From NCBI GenBank assembly GCA_964016885.1, contig OZ024741.1, positions 238,824,001 through 238,888,000 of the forward strand: 64,000 nucleotides of DNA, written 5' to 3'. The notes below the pieces were generated by a model, which worked only from the letters and a program-made list of their open reading frames with translations, made no database searches and was not told where the DNA came from. The translations under genes and the position numbers were made by a program. The stretch is from Eledone cirrhosa (taxonomy: Eukaryota). Below, in pieces: positions 1-10,869 of this stretch; position 1 is the stretch's first letter; each line of letters begins with the position of its first letter.

Positions 1-914
1 TAGGTTAATAACAGGATGGTTATTTAATTGTTAATTGTCAATACTCTTTTGTCACACATTGTGACCTCTTCAATGACTACTTTTGTTAGTTTGTGTCTCA
101 TCTTTGTTCTATTTTACACCATCTTGTCTTTATGAACTATGCATCTGTATTACATCCGGGCGTGTGGGTTTAAATTTTTTTTCTCCCATTTTTGCTTGTC
201 ACTAGTTAGTTGTTATTCTGATTTTTGTACTCTATATGTGTGTGTGATGGGTGGGTGTTGGGTCTGTCTTTGTATCTTAGTGATGTTCTTGTGTCTTTAT
301 ATTGTCCTTAGTCACTATGTTGTGAAGTTGTTATTATTCCATTCATGCTTTCTATCTAATTTTTAATTTAATTTTGGTCAAAGTTCATTTATATATATAA
401 ATTATATCTGTATACATACAGAGCATGTAACTGAAACTGCATTAATGTGTATATAAATATACACATATTTAATACGACTTTCCCTGCAAATTGATTTTCG
501 GGTCCAATTGGATCCCCTTCAGAAGGTGCGTATATCATCCAAACAACCACGAGGAAGCATGCATTTTGTGGGTTTATATACCCATTTGCTTTTAGTATTA
601 TTATGAATGGACATACTAATTTGGTAATTAATTAAGATATATATTAAGAAGTGTATTAGCAGCTGAAGTGTTTGATAAAGTTATATCTGTATAAATACAG
701 ATATAACTTTATCATACATTTCAGTATAACTGAGACTGCACCAATGTGTATATAAATATACACAGAGTAATAGTAAGAGCAAAGGGTATATAAGCCCCTG
801 TATTTGACTGCTACTTTATTTTATCAACACTAGAAGGATGAAGAGCAAAGTTGATCTTGGCATTATTTCAACTCAGAAATAGTATATCATAACTAATAAT
901 TCTTTAATTAATAA

Positions 915-1095
915 TTCTTTCTACTTTTTGGCACAAACCCAGCAATTTTAAAGGGAAGTAGAAAGGCAATTAAATCAAAACCAGCGCATTACTGGTACTT
1001 TATTTTATCGACCCCCATAAGGATAAAAGCCAAAGAATGTAAAGGGCCATAACTATATGTCAGAAAGCATATTGTCCGACACTCTAGTGATACTG
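915..1095 (-). mobile_element. tRNA-derived SINE, octopus OK/OR-like (degenerate; partial copy also at ~800-880)
   Basis: Shares ggcacaa..ccagcaatt...actggtactttattttatcgacccc..aaggat with the better copies at 6785 and 25388. Confidence 0.75.
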
Positions 1096-1564
1096 TTAGA
1101 TTATGACAATGAAACTTATTTAGTTTATTTGAATCCAGCAATCCCTGACAATTTCTTTTAAGAGACATTACACTTTTGTTATCCTGACTAAGAACGTTTT
1201 GCTTTTCAGTAGACTGTGAACAAAATTTATTTTATTTGCTATGATAATTTACATCATGAAAGGAATAATTAGAATAATCAAAGATTTTTTATTCATCAAC
1301 GTTTACAGAACAAGCTGGAAATATATAATTTTTTATACTATAGTGATTGAAACCACCACAATTAATAGATATTTATGCTGTCTCATTAGATTTTAGGCTT
1401 TTCTTTTGCTTTATTTTTTCTATTTAGTTTATGTTCTCAAAATAGAAATGGTAAAGACAAACTTTTCTAAACTTTAAATTCAAATGATTATTAAAAAACA
1501 AATTACAGTTTCATCAGATGTCTCAAATTCTGTGGTTATTGAAAAAAAGAATTCATAGTTATAC

Positions 1565-2220
1565 GTCCATATTTTCTTTCAAGCTAGCATGTGTTGGGTG
1601 TCTTCTCCATTACAGTGTCTCTCCATATATGTCATGATTCCTTGTCATCTCCTTTAAAAGGTTCAACCTCATGAGATAAACCTCTATCACATTTTCCCAT
1701 GTCTTCTTCCACAAGTTACTTCCATTTCAATCACCTGACACTTCTTTACTCAACTACCATCTTTCATGTCTGTACCACTGCAGTCTTCTCTCTTACACAC
1801 TGCATCTGATTCCTCTTACACCCAGTAGTTCTTGCACTTCATTTGTGTTCTATTGTTCAGGCACACTAACATTACATATTTACAGAGCATGCTCCCTGCA
1901 TATATTTCTTCCCCATTCAATGTCCATGTTTCATTAGCAAGCAAATGCCAGATACAATCAGTCCATTACTCACAGAAAAAATCCCTTTGTTACCAACAGA
2001 GGTAATAGCTCCCTGATATTTTGCTTCCCTGCTCCATTCTGGCAAAACACCCACCACCACTGCTAATTTGATCATCTGGCTAAGAAAAACTATCAACTAC
2101 TCTTAAGGAGCCTTCCAGGCATTTGAAATAATTCATTTTATGGATGCTCTTATTGCTAGCTATTTGTGTGTGCATGCTACATATGAAGTCTTACTACTCT
2201 GTCATCCTGCTTATGATCCC
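1565..2220 (-). mobile_element. Old, degenerate RTE LINE 3' fragment
   Basis: Recognisable remnants of the RT C-terminus and 3' tail seen in the younger RTE copies; many stops. Confidence 0.55.
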
Positions 2221-2399
2221 AACTGTATTACTTATACACTCATAGATATATTATATGGAATTCTTACCTACTTCTTGTTTGCATAAAACAAACATAGTGT
2301 TATTTTCATGGTTAAATCTATTATAAAATTATAAAGAAATTAAATATTTTTTCTTTCATTGATTATTAATTTGTAACACGTATTCTTTATTTTGTCAAA

Positions 2400-2765
2400 T
2401 CTAACTGATCCAGCTGGATCCCAAAGCGTGACCAGCCAAGCTCATGGATGTTATCCAACTATCTTGCTCAGGGTCTACATCTGGGTCTCTTGCCAGTTGG
2501 TTTTGCCTGTAAAATCTGTCCAGCGATTCTTTACTGAGACATTCTAACCACATGCTCATAATATCAGAGTTGTGATCTCTCAATTCAGAGAAGTAGTGGC
2601 TCTACAAGGAGTGACTCTCTGGTCTCTGAGCTATGCACTTTATCAAGTAATGTTACTTCAAAGACCCTTCGGAGGAACCCCATTTCTGCTGCTTTTATTT
2701 GCAATTGTATTCTTCTGGTCATTACTCAAGATGCATGATCCTCAGTAAGAGTTGGCAGGAATACG
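2400..2765 (-). mobile_element. RTE (Expander-like) RT C-terminal fragment
   Basis: Minus strand reads IERSQL..YEHVVRM...ILQAKPTGKRPRCRP...LDNIHELGWSRFGI; homologous fragment at 60830-61075. Confidence 0.65.
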
Positions 2766-2790
2766 AGGAAGACAGCAAGTTTGGCTTTTA

Positions 2791-2912
2791 CATCTGTGAA
2801 TGCAGAAGTAAATATTTCGAAAAACGTTGCAACCGAAGGAAAACAGGAAGCCCATACTTTGGTTCGTGAAGACGTTCCCTGGCAATGAACGGAAAATAGC
2901 GAACATAATACG
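2791..2912 (-). mobile_element. Fragment of the PLE 3' non-coding repeat (same family as 51904-52985)
   Basis: atctgtgaatgcagaagtaaatatttcgaaaaacgttgcaaccgaagg...gacgttccctggcaatga also occurs at 29615, 31720, 51246 and inverted at ~52720-52812. Confidence 0.8.
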
Positions 2913-3167
2913 CCAATCAATGTTTGTCATAATGTCATAAGGCAGACAGCCAGACATACAGACAGATATTATAAGGGCGCGACGGAGATAGATAACCGGC
3001 ACCTAACACCCCTTTAACAACAGAAAATTGAAAAATAAAAGCTGTAGTTAATATCTTTAGACCGCAAGGAATATATAAATGCAAGTTTGAAGTCAATCGG
3101 AGTAGAAATGTGGATTTGTATAGACTTTGCAAAAATGAGGACACACACACACACACAGACAACTACA

Positions 3168-3204
<37 letters not shown>

Positions 3205-3211
<7 letters not shown>

Positions 3212-3420
3212 TTCAAAAGGAGCCATATCCTTAACTCTTGGTGGGTATTTGCATGATTTGATGTCAAAGTATTCCTTGGAATTTAAACCGAATTGTCCAT
3301 CAAAAACCATTGCCTTCCATCTCATTCTTTGTACTACATTCTCGACTTTCTCAACATTTAGTTATAAGAAGCATTAGAGGGTGTCGTGATATTTTAAACA
3401 GAGTAATCCATTTCATATAT
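3205..3420 (-). pseudogene. Penelope-like element ORF N-terminal remnant
   Basis: Minus strand reads VEKVENVVQRMRWKAMVF...KYPPRVKDMAPFES, matching the typical PLE N-terminus (EKIExVIKRMRWKA). Confidence 0.65.
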
Positions 3421-3554
3421 ATCCATAGTTAGTGTCGGTAAATTTCCTTATAACTGTAGAGTGCTCAACTTGTCGGACTGGAAGATGCCAATCTCATAGA
3501 TATGCAGAATTCGCGTCGATCCTTCCTATTAGGAGCTGTTTATGTGTTAGGTAA

Positions 3555-3770
3555 TTCCGAAGGAAAAGCAAAGGAAATAAATATAACATCATTTTTAACA
3601 GAAACTGTGTCAAAATTAGCTATTCTTGCAGCCCTTCCATAAAATCGAAAATCACCACTGGTAAAACTGACAGAGGAATCCCAGGATGTTCATGCAGAAA
3701 CCCAGGTGAATGTCCTTTGCAAGGCAAATGTAACATTAAATCCGTTGTATATGAGGCAATTATAAGACCT
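3555..3770 (+). pseudogene. Penelope-like RT-linker and start of GIY-YIG endonuclease
   Basis: KYNIIFNRNCVKISYSCSPSI...GCSCRNPGECPLQGKCNIKSVVYEA matches the PLE motifs FNRNTVKxSYS and CxC..CPLxGxC..VVY. Confidence 0.75.
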
Positions 3771-3772
3771 AT

Positions 3773-5546
3773 TCACACCAACCTGCACTTTTTTATACAG
3801 CTGTCATCTTTCATGCGCATCACGTGGCCATACCAACGTAGTCTTCTCTCGAGTAAACAGCATCTGATCCCTCTTATTCCTAATTTCTCACTTAGTTCAT
3901 TTATGCTTTGCCGTTCACGTATATTACTATTACACATCCAACAGAGCATGCATGCTTCGTTCCTTTCCAGTCTACGCAGGTCCTCGGCACGCAATGCCCA
4001 TGTCTCACTGCCATGCAACATTGCTGTTCGTATACAAGCATCATACAATCTGCCTTTCATTTTTAGAGAGAAACCTTTTGTGGCCAACAGCGGTATAAGC
4101 TCTCTGAACTTTTTCCATCCCGTTCTGACTCTGGCTACTGTACTTTCAGAACACCCTCCACCACTGCTGATTTCCTCACCCAGGTAACGGAAAGTGTCTA
4201 CTATTTCTATAGAACCATCTGGGCAATAGAAGGGGCTAGTATCCTGTGGGCACTTGCTACCTATTGCACCTGAGCATGGGCCACATATAAAGTCTACGTT
4301 CTTAGATAGTTTACCTGTGATCCCACTACATCTTTTATGTACCCATACTTTGCATTTGGGACATAAAATTGAATTTCTGCCTACTCCTTTCCTATACACT
4401 GAGCAAGGCCATTTCCCTGAGGGTACCTGTACCTTATTTTTCTTTCTAGAAACTAGGACTTTAGTCTTAGACAAGTTAACTTTAAGGCCTTTTGATTCTA
4501 GGCCATGCTTCCATGTGTGGAATTTCTTTTCTAGTTCAACCATTGATTCAGCTATGAGCGTTAGATCATCTGCGTATAGGAGTTCCCATGGGCAGCCAGT
4601 CTTGAACTCCTCTGTTATAGCCTGAATGGCAATAATAAATAGGAGGGGGCTAAGGACAGAGACTTGGTGAACACCAACTTTTACACTAAATTCTTCACAA
4701 TATTCATTGTTAATTCTAACCTTACTGACTGTTTCATTATACATAGCTTTTATAGCTCTCACCAGCCATTCATCTACACCTAGTTTTCTAAGAGCCCACC
4801 AGATAATGGAGCGGGGGACTCTGTCAAAGGCTTTTTCCAGGTCTACACAAGCTAAGTAGAGGGGTTTACTTTTAGCTAGGTACTTCTCTCGTAGTTGTCG
4901 TACAAGGAAAAGAGCGTCTGTGGTACTTTTACCTGATACAAACCCAAACTGCATTTCATCTAGATCAATTCGCTCTCTGATTAGTTGCGCTATAACTCTT
5001 TCTGTGACCTTCATGACCTGGTCAACTAACTTAATGCCTCTATAGTTTCCTCTATCTAGAGCATCTCCTTTACCCTTGTAGCAGTTAATGATGATGCTGC
5101 TACGCCAGTCATTTGGTATGACCCCATTATCTATTACTTGGTTAACTATACAGGTGACCATAGTTTGTCCCACCATTCCAGATGCCTTCAACATCTCAGC
5201 AACTATCTCCGAAGGCTCAGCTGCTTTGCCTGTCTTCAAATCTTTGATTACCTTACTTATTATACTACCTTTAACTTGCACCGCTGGTCCTTCTATTGGA
5301 TCGATTTGGGGCAGACTATCTTTTTCCCACTTATTCTCCCCATTTAATAGTCTCTCGTAGTGACACTTCCAGGCTATCTTCTTATCAGCATCAGTGAGAG
5401 CAAGTACACCGTTATCATTACGGACACACTTCTCTCCGACAATATCACGGTTTTCCTTGACACATTGTCTAGCAATCCTGAACACCTCGCGTTTTTGGTC
5501 CTCACGTTGTAGAACATGCTTGAACTTTCTTTCCTCTGCTTCCCTT
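3773..5546 (-). mobile_element. RTE-clade LINE internal fragment, RT domain open (subfamily A)
   Basis: GNYRGIKL, QFGF, DLEKAFDRV, GVHQxSVLSP, LLYADD, RLRWYGHVMRM; the ORF-track N-terminus (5547-5665) is microsatellite. Confidence 0.95.
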
Positions 5547-5893
5547 TTATGTATATGATATATGTGAGTGTGTTTATGTATTTGTATATGTCTGTATATG
5601 TTTTTATATGTGTGTGTGTATCTGTATATATGCGTGTGTATATGTGTATGTCCGTGTACATGCATGTTTGTATATATATATGTGTGTATATATACATATA
5701 TATATATACTTTCCTTTTATCTGAATGTGTGTATGTGTATGTACACATGTCTTTTTCGATATTGCTATATATTTTTTTATTTTTTATATATTATTTTTCT
5801 TACCCTTCTTTTCTTATGTATATTTCCCGTTATTTTTCCAGCCTCACTTCCAATTTTTAACAGATTTTAAATCTCATTTCATACCTTTTATCC

Positions 5894-5975
5894 ATAACAT
5901 CTCTGCCTGACGACCGATCCAGACGTATATTATTATCATCTATGATCCAGAAACCTGTGGTAATGGAGTAGTTAT
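5894..5975 (+). ncRNA. Candidate type I hammerhead ribozyme (degenerate)
   Basis: ataac-at-ctctgc CTGACGA [imperfect stem II gatc..aga/tct..gatc] GAAA CC tgt GG TA atggag-ta-gttat. Confidence 0.5.
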
Positions 5976-6058
5976 ATTTTGTGCTGTTCAATTTCTAATA
6001 GCTCTGTTCTATACATAGAGCACTCTTTTTTCCTTTGCTTTTCCTTCGGAATTTCCTA

Positions 6059-6155
<97 letters not shown>

Positions 6156-6169
6156 TAAGCAGAAGGGAT

Positions 6170-6450
6170 ATTTAATGTGTTGGTAATTCAACAATTCAAC
6201 AAATATAAATGTTTATAACTGATTCAGAGCACTCGACAGGTTTTCTGGAGTATAATATACAATGATATTAAATAAATGGAAACTATATTTATAAAACCAT
6301 ATTTATTCTATTATATACATTTCAAGGGTACCAAAATTTTGGTACACTATCATCAGATAAAATACGAAGTGTGTTTTATAAATTTTGACATAACCAAGGA
6401 GAATATACCTTAACGGTTCAAGTTTTCCTTGGATATTGAAGGGATAAGAG
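6170..6450 (-). mobile_element. Non-coding PLE-like terminal repeat, family A, copy 1
   Basis: Homologous to 17610-17880; carries a hammerhead; adjacent to (CA)n(TA)n(GA)n. Confidence 0.7.
6304..6364 (-). ncRNA. Minimal type I hammerhead ribozyme
   Basis: Minus strand: TATTTTAT CTGATGA tagtGTACCA aaattt TGGTACcctt GAAA TGTATA TA ATAGAATA; 8-bp stem I and complete core. Confidence 0.8.
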
Positions 6451-6784
6451 AAGAAAAATTATTAAGATGAGTATGCAAATGAGGTTTAGGTAAAAGGGCT
6501 GTAAAAAACGTTATTTTAGACGCTATGGAAAATTTAAATAATTATGATAAATTATTGTATGCGTAGGAAAGAAGAGAAAGGAAGAAGAGCTAGCATTTAC
6601 GTTAATTTTTTTTTTTGGGGGGGGGGTATGATTCCAGAGTTTAAATTTAAATTTATTTACCTATATTATGAGTTATAATATTGTATGTATAATCAATTAG
6701 ATTATATGAAGAATTATGGTTGTAAGTATTTTTATCTTATTACGTTACGATAGGTTATATGTATATAAATATCTATATAGAATA

Positions 6785-6966
6785 ATAATTGTTTTTACGT
6801 TTGGCACAAGGCCAGCAATTATCCAGTGCATTACTGGTACTTTATTTTATCGACCCCGTAAGGATGAAAGGCAAAGTTAACCTCGGCGGGATTTGAACTC
6901 AGAATGGCAAGGGTCGTAACTCTATACGTCAAAGCATGGCGTCCTACCCTCTACCGATACTGCCAA
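6785..6966 (-). mobile_element. tRNA-derived SINE, near full length
   Basis: Minus strand has A-box-like TGGCAGTATCGG, B-box GAGTTCAAATCCC and conserved body GCCTTTCATCCTTACGGGGTCGATAAAATAAAGTACCAG. Confidence 0.9.
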
Positions 6967-7696
6967 ATAGAATAATAATTGCGTATGTATTAGTATTATA
7001 GAGATAGAGATAATTTACAATTATTAGTTGTTTATATATCAAATATGAGTTACGAAGGGTGTTGATTTTGTATTTTACTTAAAAATAGGTGGTTCAATTT
7101 GTGAGAGTAGAACAATTTGTGGATTCGAAAATTTTGTTTAACATTGAAAATGTTTTCAGAATATTGTTATATAGATTATCAAACATAATATGTTTATGTT
7201 TGCACGATTGAGAAAGGAAAGATAACTCCAATTTTGTTTGTTAACCGTTAAATTTGATGAGTGATTTACTCCAAAATATATATAGAAAATTATATATTAT
7301 TTGTGTGAAATCCATTATTTTAGTCGAAAGATGTGTGAATGTTTAAATAACAAAAAGAGAGAGGAAAAATGTAATGTGCTTTTCGAGATCTATCGTAAAG
7401 AGGATAAATTTTCAGAGTGTCATTTAATGATTATCAATCTACATCTAAAAAATATATTTAGAGGGGTGTCCTTAGAAAAATAATGTCAGAATTAAAAATA
7501 ATGTCAGAATTAAAATAATGTCAGAAATTAAAATATTAAATATTAAATATATATAATAATAAAAATATTATAAATATTAGAGATATTAAAAAATGTAGAA
7601 ATATTAAAAAATATTTTAAAAAATATTTAAAATATTTAAAAAATTTACATTTAAATTTTTAAAAAGGTAGGATCATTTTGAAGGTGTATAGGAATA

Positions 7697-7865
7697 TTAT
7701 AAATTAAAAATAGTTCTGAACGTGGAATTTTGGCGATGTCTGCAAGAAGAAAATAATTCTGTGCTGAGATTAATAGAGTTTTGACAGTTAATTATATAAA
7801 AAGTTTCTTCGATACACAATTTACAGGTGCTTTCGAAATCGTTCTCCAAGATATTCAATAGTCTA
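7697..7865 (-). pseudogene. PLE GIY-YIG endonuclease C-terminal remnant
   Basis: TCKLCIEETFYIINCQNSINLSTELFSSCRH matches the PLE motif CxLC..E..I...LN...EL...CRH. Confidence 0.7.
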
Positions 7866-7869
7866 TATT

Positions 7870-10040
7870 GTTGTCTTTTAAATTCCAAATTTGTTTACCT
7901 TTGTAGCAGTTGATGAGTATACTACTGGACCAGTCATTGGGTATGACATCATCCTGTATTTCCTGATTGACCACGTGGATGTCTAGTTCAGCTGCTACAT
8001 CTGCTGATGATTTTAGCATCTCAGCAACTATCCCTGATGGTCCTGTAGCTTTACCATTCTTCATCTCATTCACCGTCTTTTTGACCCTATAACTGTAAAC
8101 TTTGATAGCTGATCCCTCTGTTGAGTCAGTAAGGGGTAGCTTTTCATTCTCCCATTCATCATCCCCTCATGGTAACACTTCGAGGCCTCCTTCTTTTGAG
8201 CATCAGTGATGCTTAGTGCACCAGAGTCATTTTGAACACACTTTTCCCAAACAGCATCATGATTCCCACTTACACACTGCCTTACAATGTGGAACATCTT
8301 ATGTCTCTGATCCTCATGTTGCGAGATATTGGCAAACCTTTTCCCTTCAGCCTCTTTCCGAGCTATGTATATTTGTTATCTAACTTCTTTCTTATCTACC
8401 TGGTACTGATCTCTGCTACTCCATATTTCAAGTCTTTCCATGCCTGTCTCTTGGTCTTAATGGCTCTATCTACTGTGCTCTTCAACCCTTTGTCTGGCTG
8501 GTGCTTTGCTCCAGCTACAAGTAACATGAGTAGTTCACAGTAAGGTGTCGTGTAAGAATTTCTAATTGTCCTCTATGTTAAATGTGTCCAGTTCATCTCC
8601 CCTCTCATCATATGCCTTCTGTAGAGCCTTTCTAAATCTATATTTAACAGAAAGGTCCTTTATCTTCCATACTCTCCATATCCATATATTCCTGCATGTT
8701 TTGTTTCATCTTGTGTTTATTTTGATGTCATCAATAGCTGCATTCTTCACCAGGGAAGATTGTAGCGAGATATGATAGAACTATTTTATCGCTGTGGCAT
8801 AATTTAGTCATGCTTGGTCAGTGGCCAGCTCTGTAGGCTTGGTGACATATGAATGCAAATAACCACTTCCGCCCAGCTGTAGAACGGGCCTTTTTCAAAA
8901 TTAGCTAGTAGTTGCGTTTTGGACGCTGATAGTGCAACAGCTCGTAACTCACCTTCCCACTGTTTTGATTTTTCTCTCCAACATTGAGAGTAGTTCGTTG
9001 GACGGCCTTTCAGAGATTTACCATTTATCTGTCAACTTATTTTACCAAATATTCCAATCCCTTATGGATGAAACATTATTATCATTCCTACAACCAGCTT
9101 TGGAAATGTTACCAACTTTAATAGAGATAGCAAGTAAGGATAAATTAGTCCCTGTCTCACTACATTTTTAGCCTACTAAAAAAACATTGATTTCACTGAC
9201 ATCTTCACAGAGAAAACTTTGCTGCATACACTTTGAACACGTTGTTCAAACAAATTAAAAATAAATTATTTGGTATAAACTAAACTACGCCTTCTGATAT
9301 ATTTTTTGAACCATTGGAACACTTCTTCAACATCATCTTCCTAAAGTGGCAATCTTGCTAAACAGTGATAATGTTTACTAAAAGGTCTTAGCATTTATAA
9401 CCATTTGTCTCTCTTGTTTACTTACAAGTAAATAGTCAATTTGGTTTGTCTGTTCACTTGATTGGTAGATGATTAGATGGCTGGCAGATTTCCTGAAGTT
9501 ACAAATGGTTAATTCATTTGCGTCACAGAATTCTTGAACCTCAATCTCTCTTCATTTCATGGATCATATCCACTGTATGCTCCAGTGAATCCTTCCTTGT
9601 GCTGCCCAGCATGTCCATTGAAGTCACCAGCCAGGATGATGAGGTCTCTGTCATCAGTAACTGAGGTTGTCTGTAAAATGTCCTCATATAAACGATCCTT
9701 TTGTTTTCTATCCAGTTCTGCTTGTGGTACATAGGTAGAGGTTATTGTCACTGTTCTATTGCCTACAACTAATCTGAGCTTGATAATTCTGTCACTTACT
9801 TTAACTACATTTATTACATTATCTATCAATTTCTCAGCTAGTAGAATGCCTACACCACCTACCCATCATCATTTCTTATCTAGAAGAGCTTATAACTGTG
9901 CAGTTTGCCAGTGAGTAATCTTGCTGAAGCACCCCTCCATCTCTAGCAACTCCACAATTTCAACTGATCTACATTTCAGAGTGCCCACATTGAGAGTGGC
10001 AGCCCTGAAATATGTTACTTGACGGTGACTTCTTTGTACC
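7870..10040 (-). mobile_element. Old degenerate RTE LINE (APE endonuclease to start of RT), interrupted at ~8740-9380
   Basis: TLNVGTL, GVGILL, VSDRIIKLRL, ILAGDFNGH, EFCDANEL..CNF, QIDYLL, GKATGPSGIVAEMLK, NDWSSSILINCYKGK. Confidence 0.85.
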
Positions 10041-10059
10041 TGGAAGGGAAAAATAATGT

Positions 10060-10640
10060 GATTTGAAATCCCGCCAAAGTCAACTTTGCCTTTCCTCCTT
10101 TAGGGGTTGTTAAAATAAAGCACCAGTTAAGTACAAGGGTCAATATAATCGACTGACTTTTCCCTCACCCCAAGTTACTGATCTTGTGCTTAAAGTAAAA
10201 ATCATTATTGATTAAAAAAAAAAGATTGAATAATTATTACCAAAAGGGAAAGTAATTGAATGTCTCTCAGAACACCAGACAAATTGTTTCAAATCTCACT
10301 GAGGTCAACCTTACATTTCATCCTTTCATGGCCAATAAAATAAAGTACAAGTAAAGTACTGGGGATGATATAATCAATTTTCCTTTCTTCCCAAACTATT
10401 GACCTTGTTCCTAAATTAGAAACCAGTATTATTACCAAACGGATGAGGGTGGTGGCTTGACAAAACTGCTAGAGCATCAGGCAAGATACTCTGCAATATT
10501 TGTTCAATTTATGTTGTGATGAACTTTGATTTTTATCTTTCCAGGGTCCATAAATAAACAACCAGTCAAATAATAAAGTTGATTTAATCAACTAACTCAT
10601 CTGCTTAATTTTTTGTGGCTTTGTGCTTATATCAATTATT
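10060..10640 (+). mobile_element. Three tandem degenerate tRNA-SINE copies
   Basis: Three repeats of the aaatcccgcc..gtcaactttgcctttc...taaaataaag(t)accag...ccttgtgc pattern. Confidence 0.75.
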
Positions 10641-10869
10641 ATTATTGATAAATAGATACCTGGATAGTTACAAGGTAATTTTACTTTTTAAGATTCACAC
10701 AATTTCATTGAATAAATATGTAGCTTATATTTCAAGTGATTTTTTTTTTGTTTTTTTGTGAAACCATTTTTAATATATATATTACTAAACACTGAAACAT
10801 AGACACTGATGTCTTGTTTTCATCCTAGAGTCTGTGTCATTTCTTACAATTTTGGTATATTGATTTATA

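Noticed and set aside
2935-3175. Helitron-like non-autonomous element (tatataaaactgtagttgtctgtgtgt..ccgattgacttcaaactt); similar hint at 55370-55627
   Set aside because: Resemblance only; no clear 3' hairpin-CTAG end found
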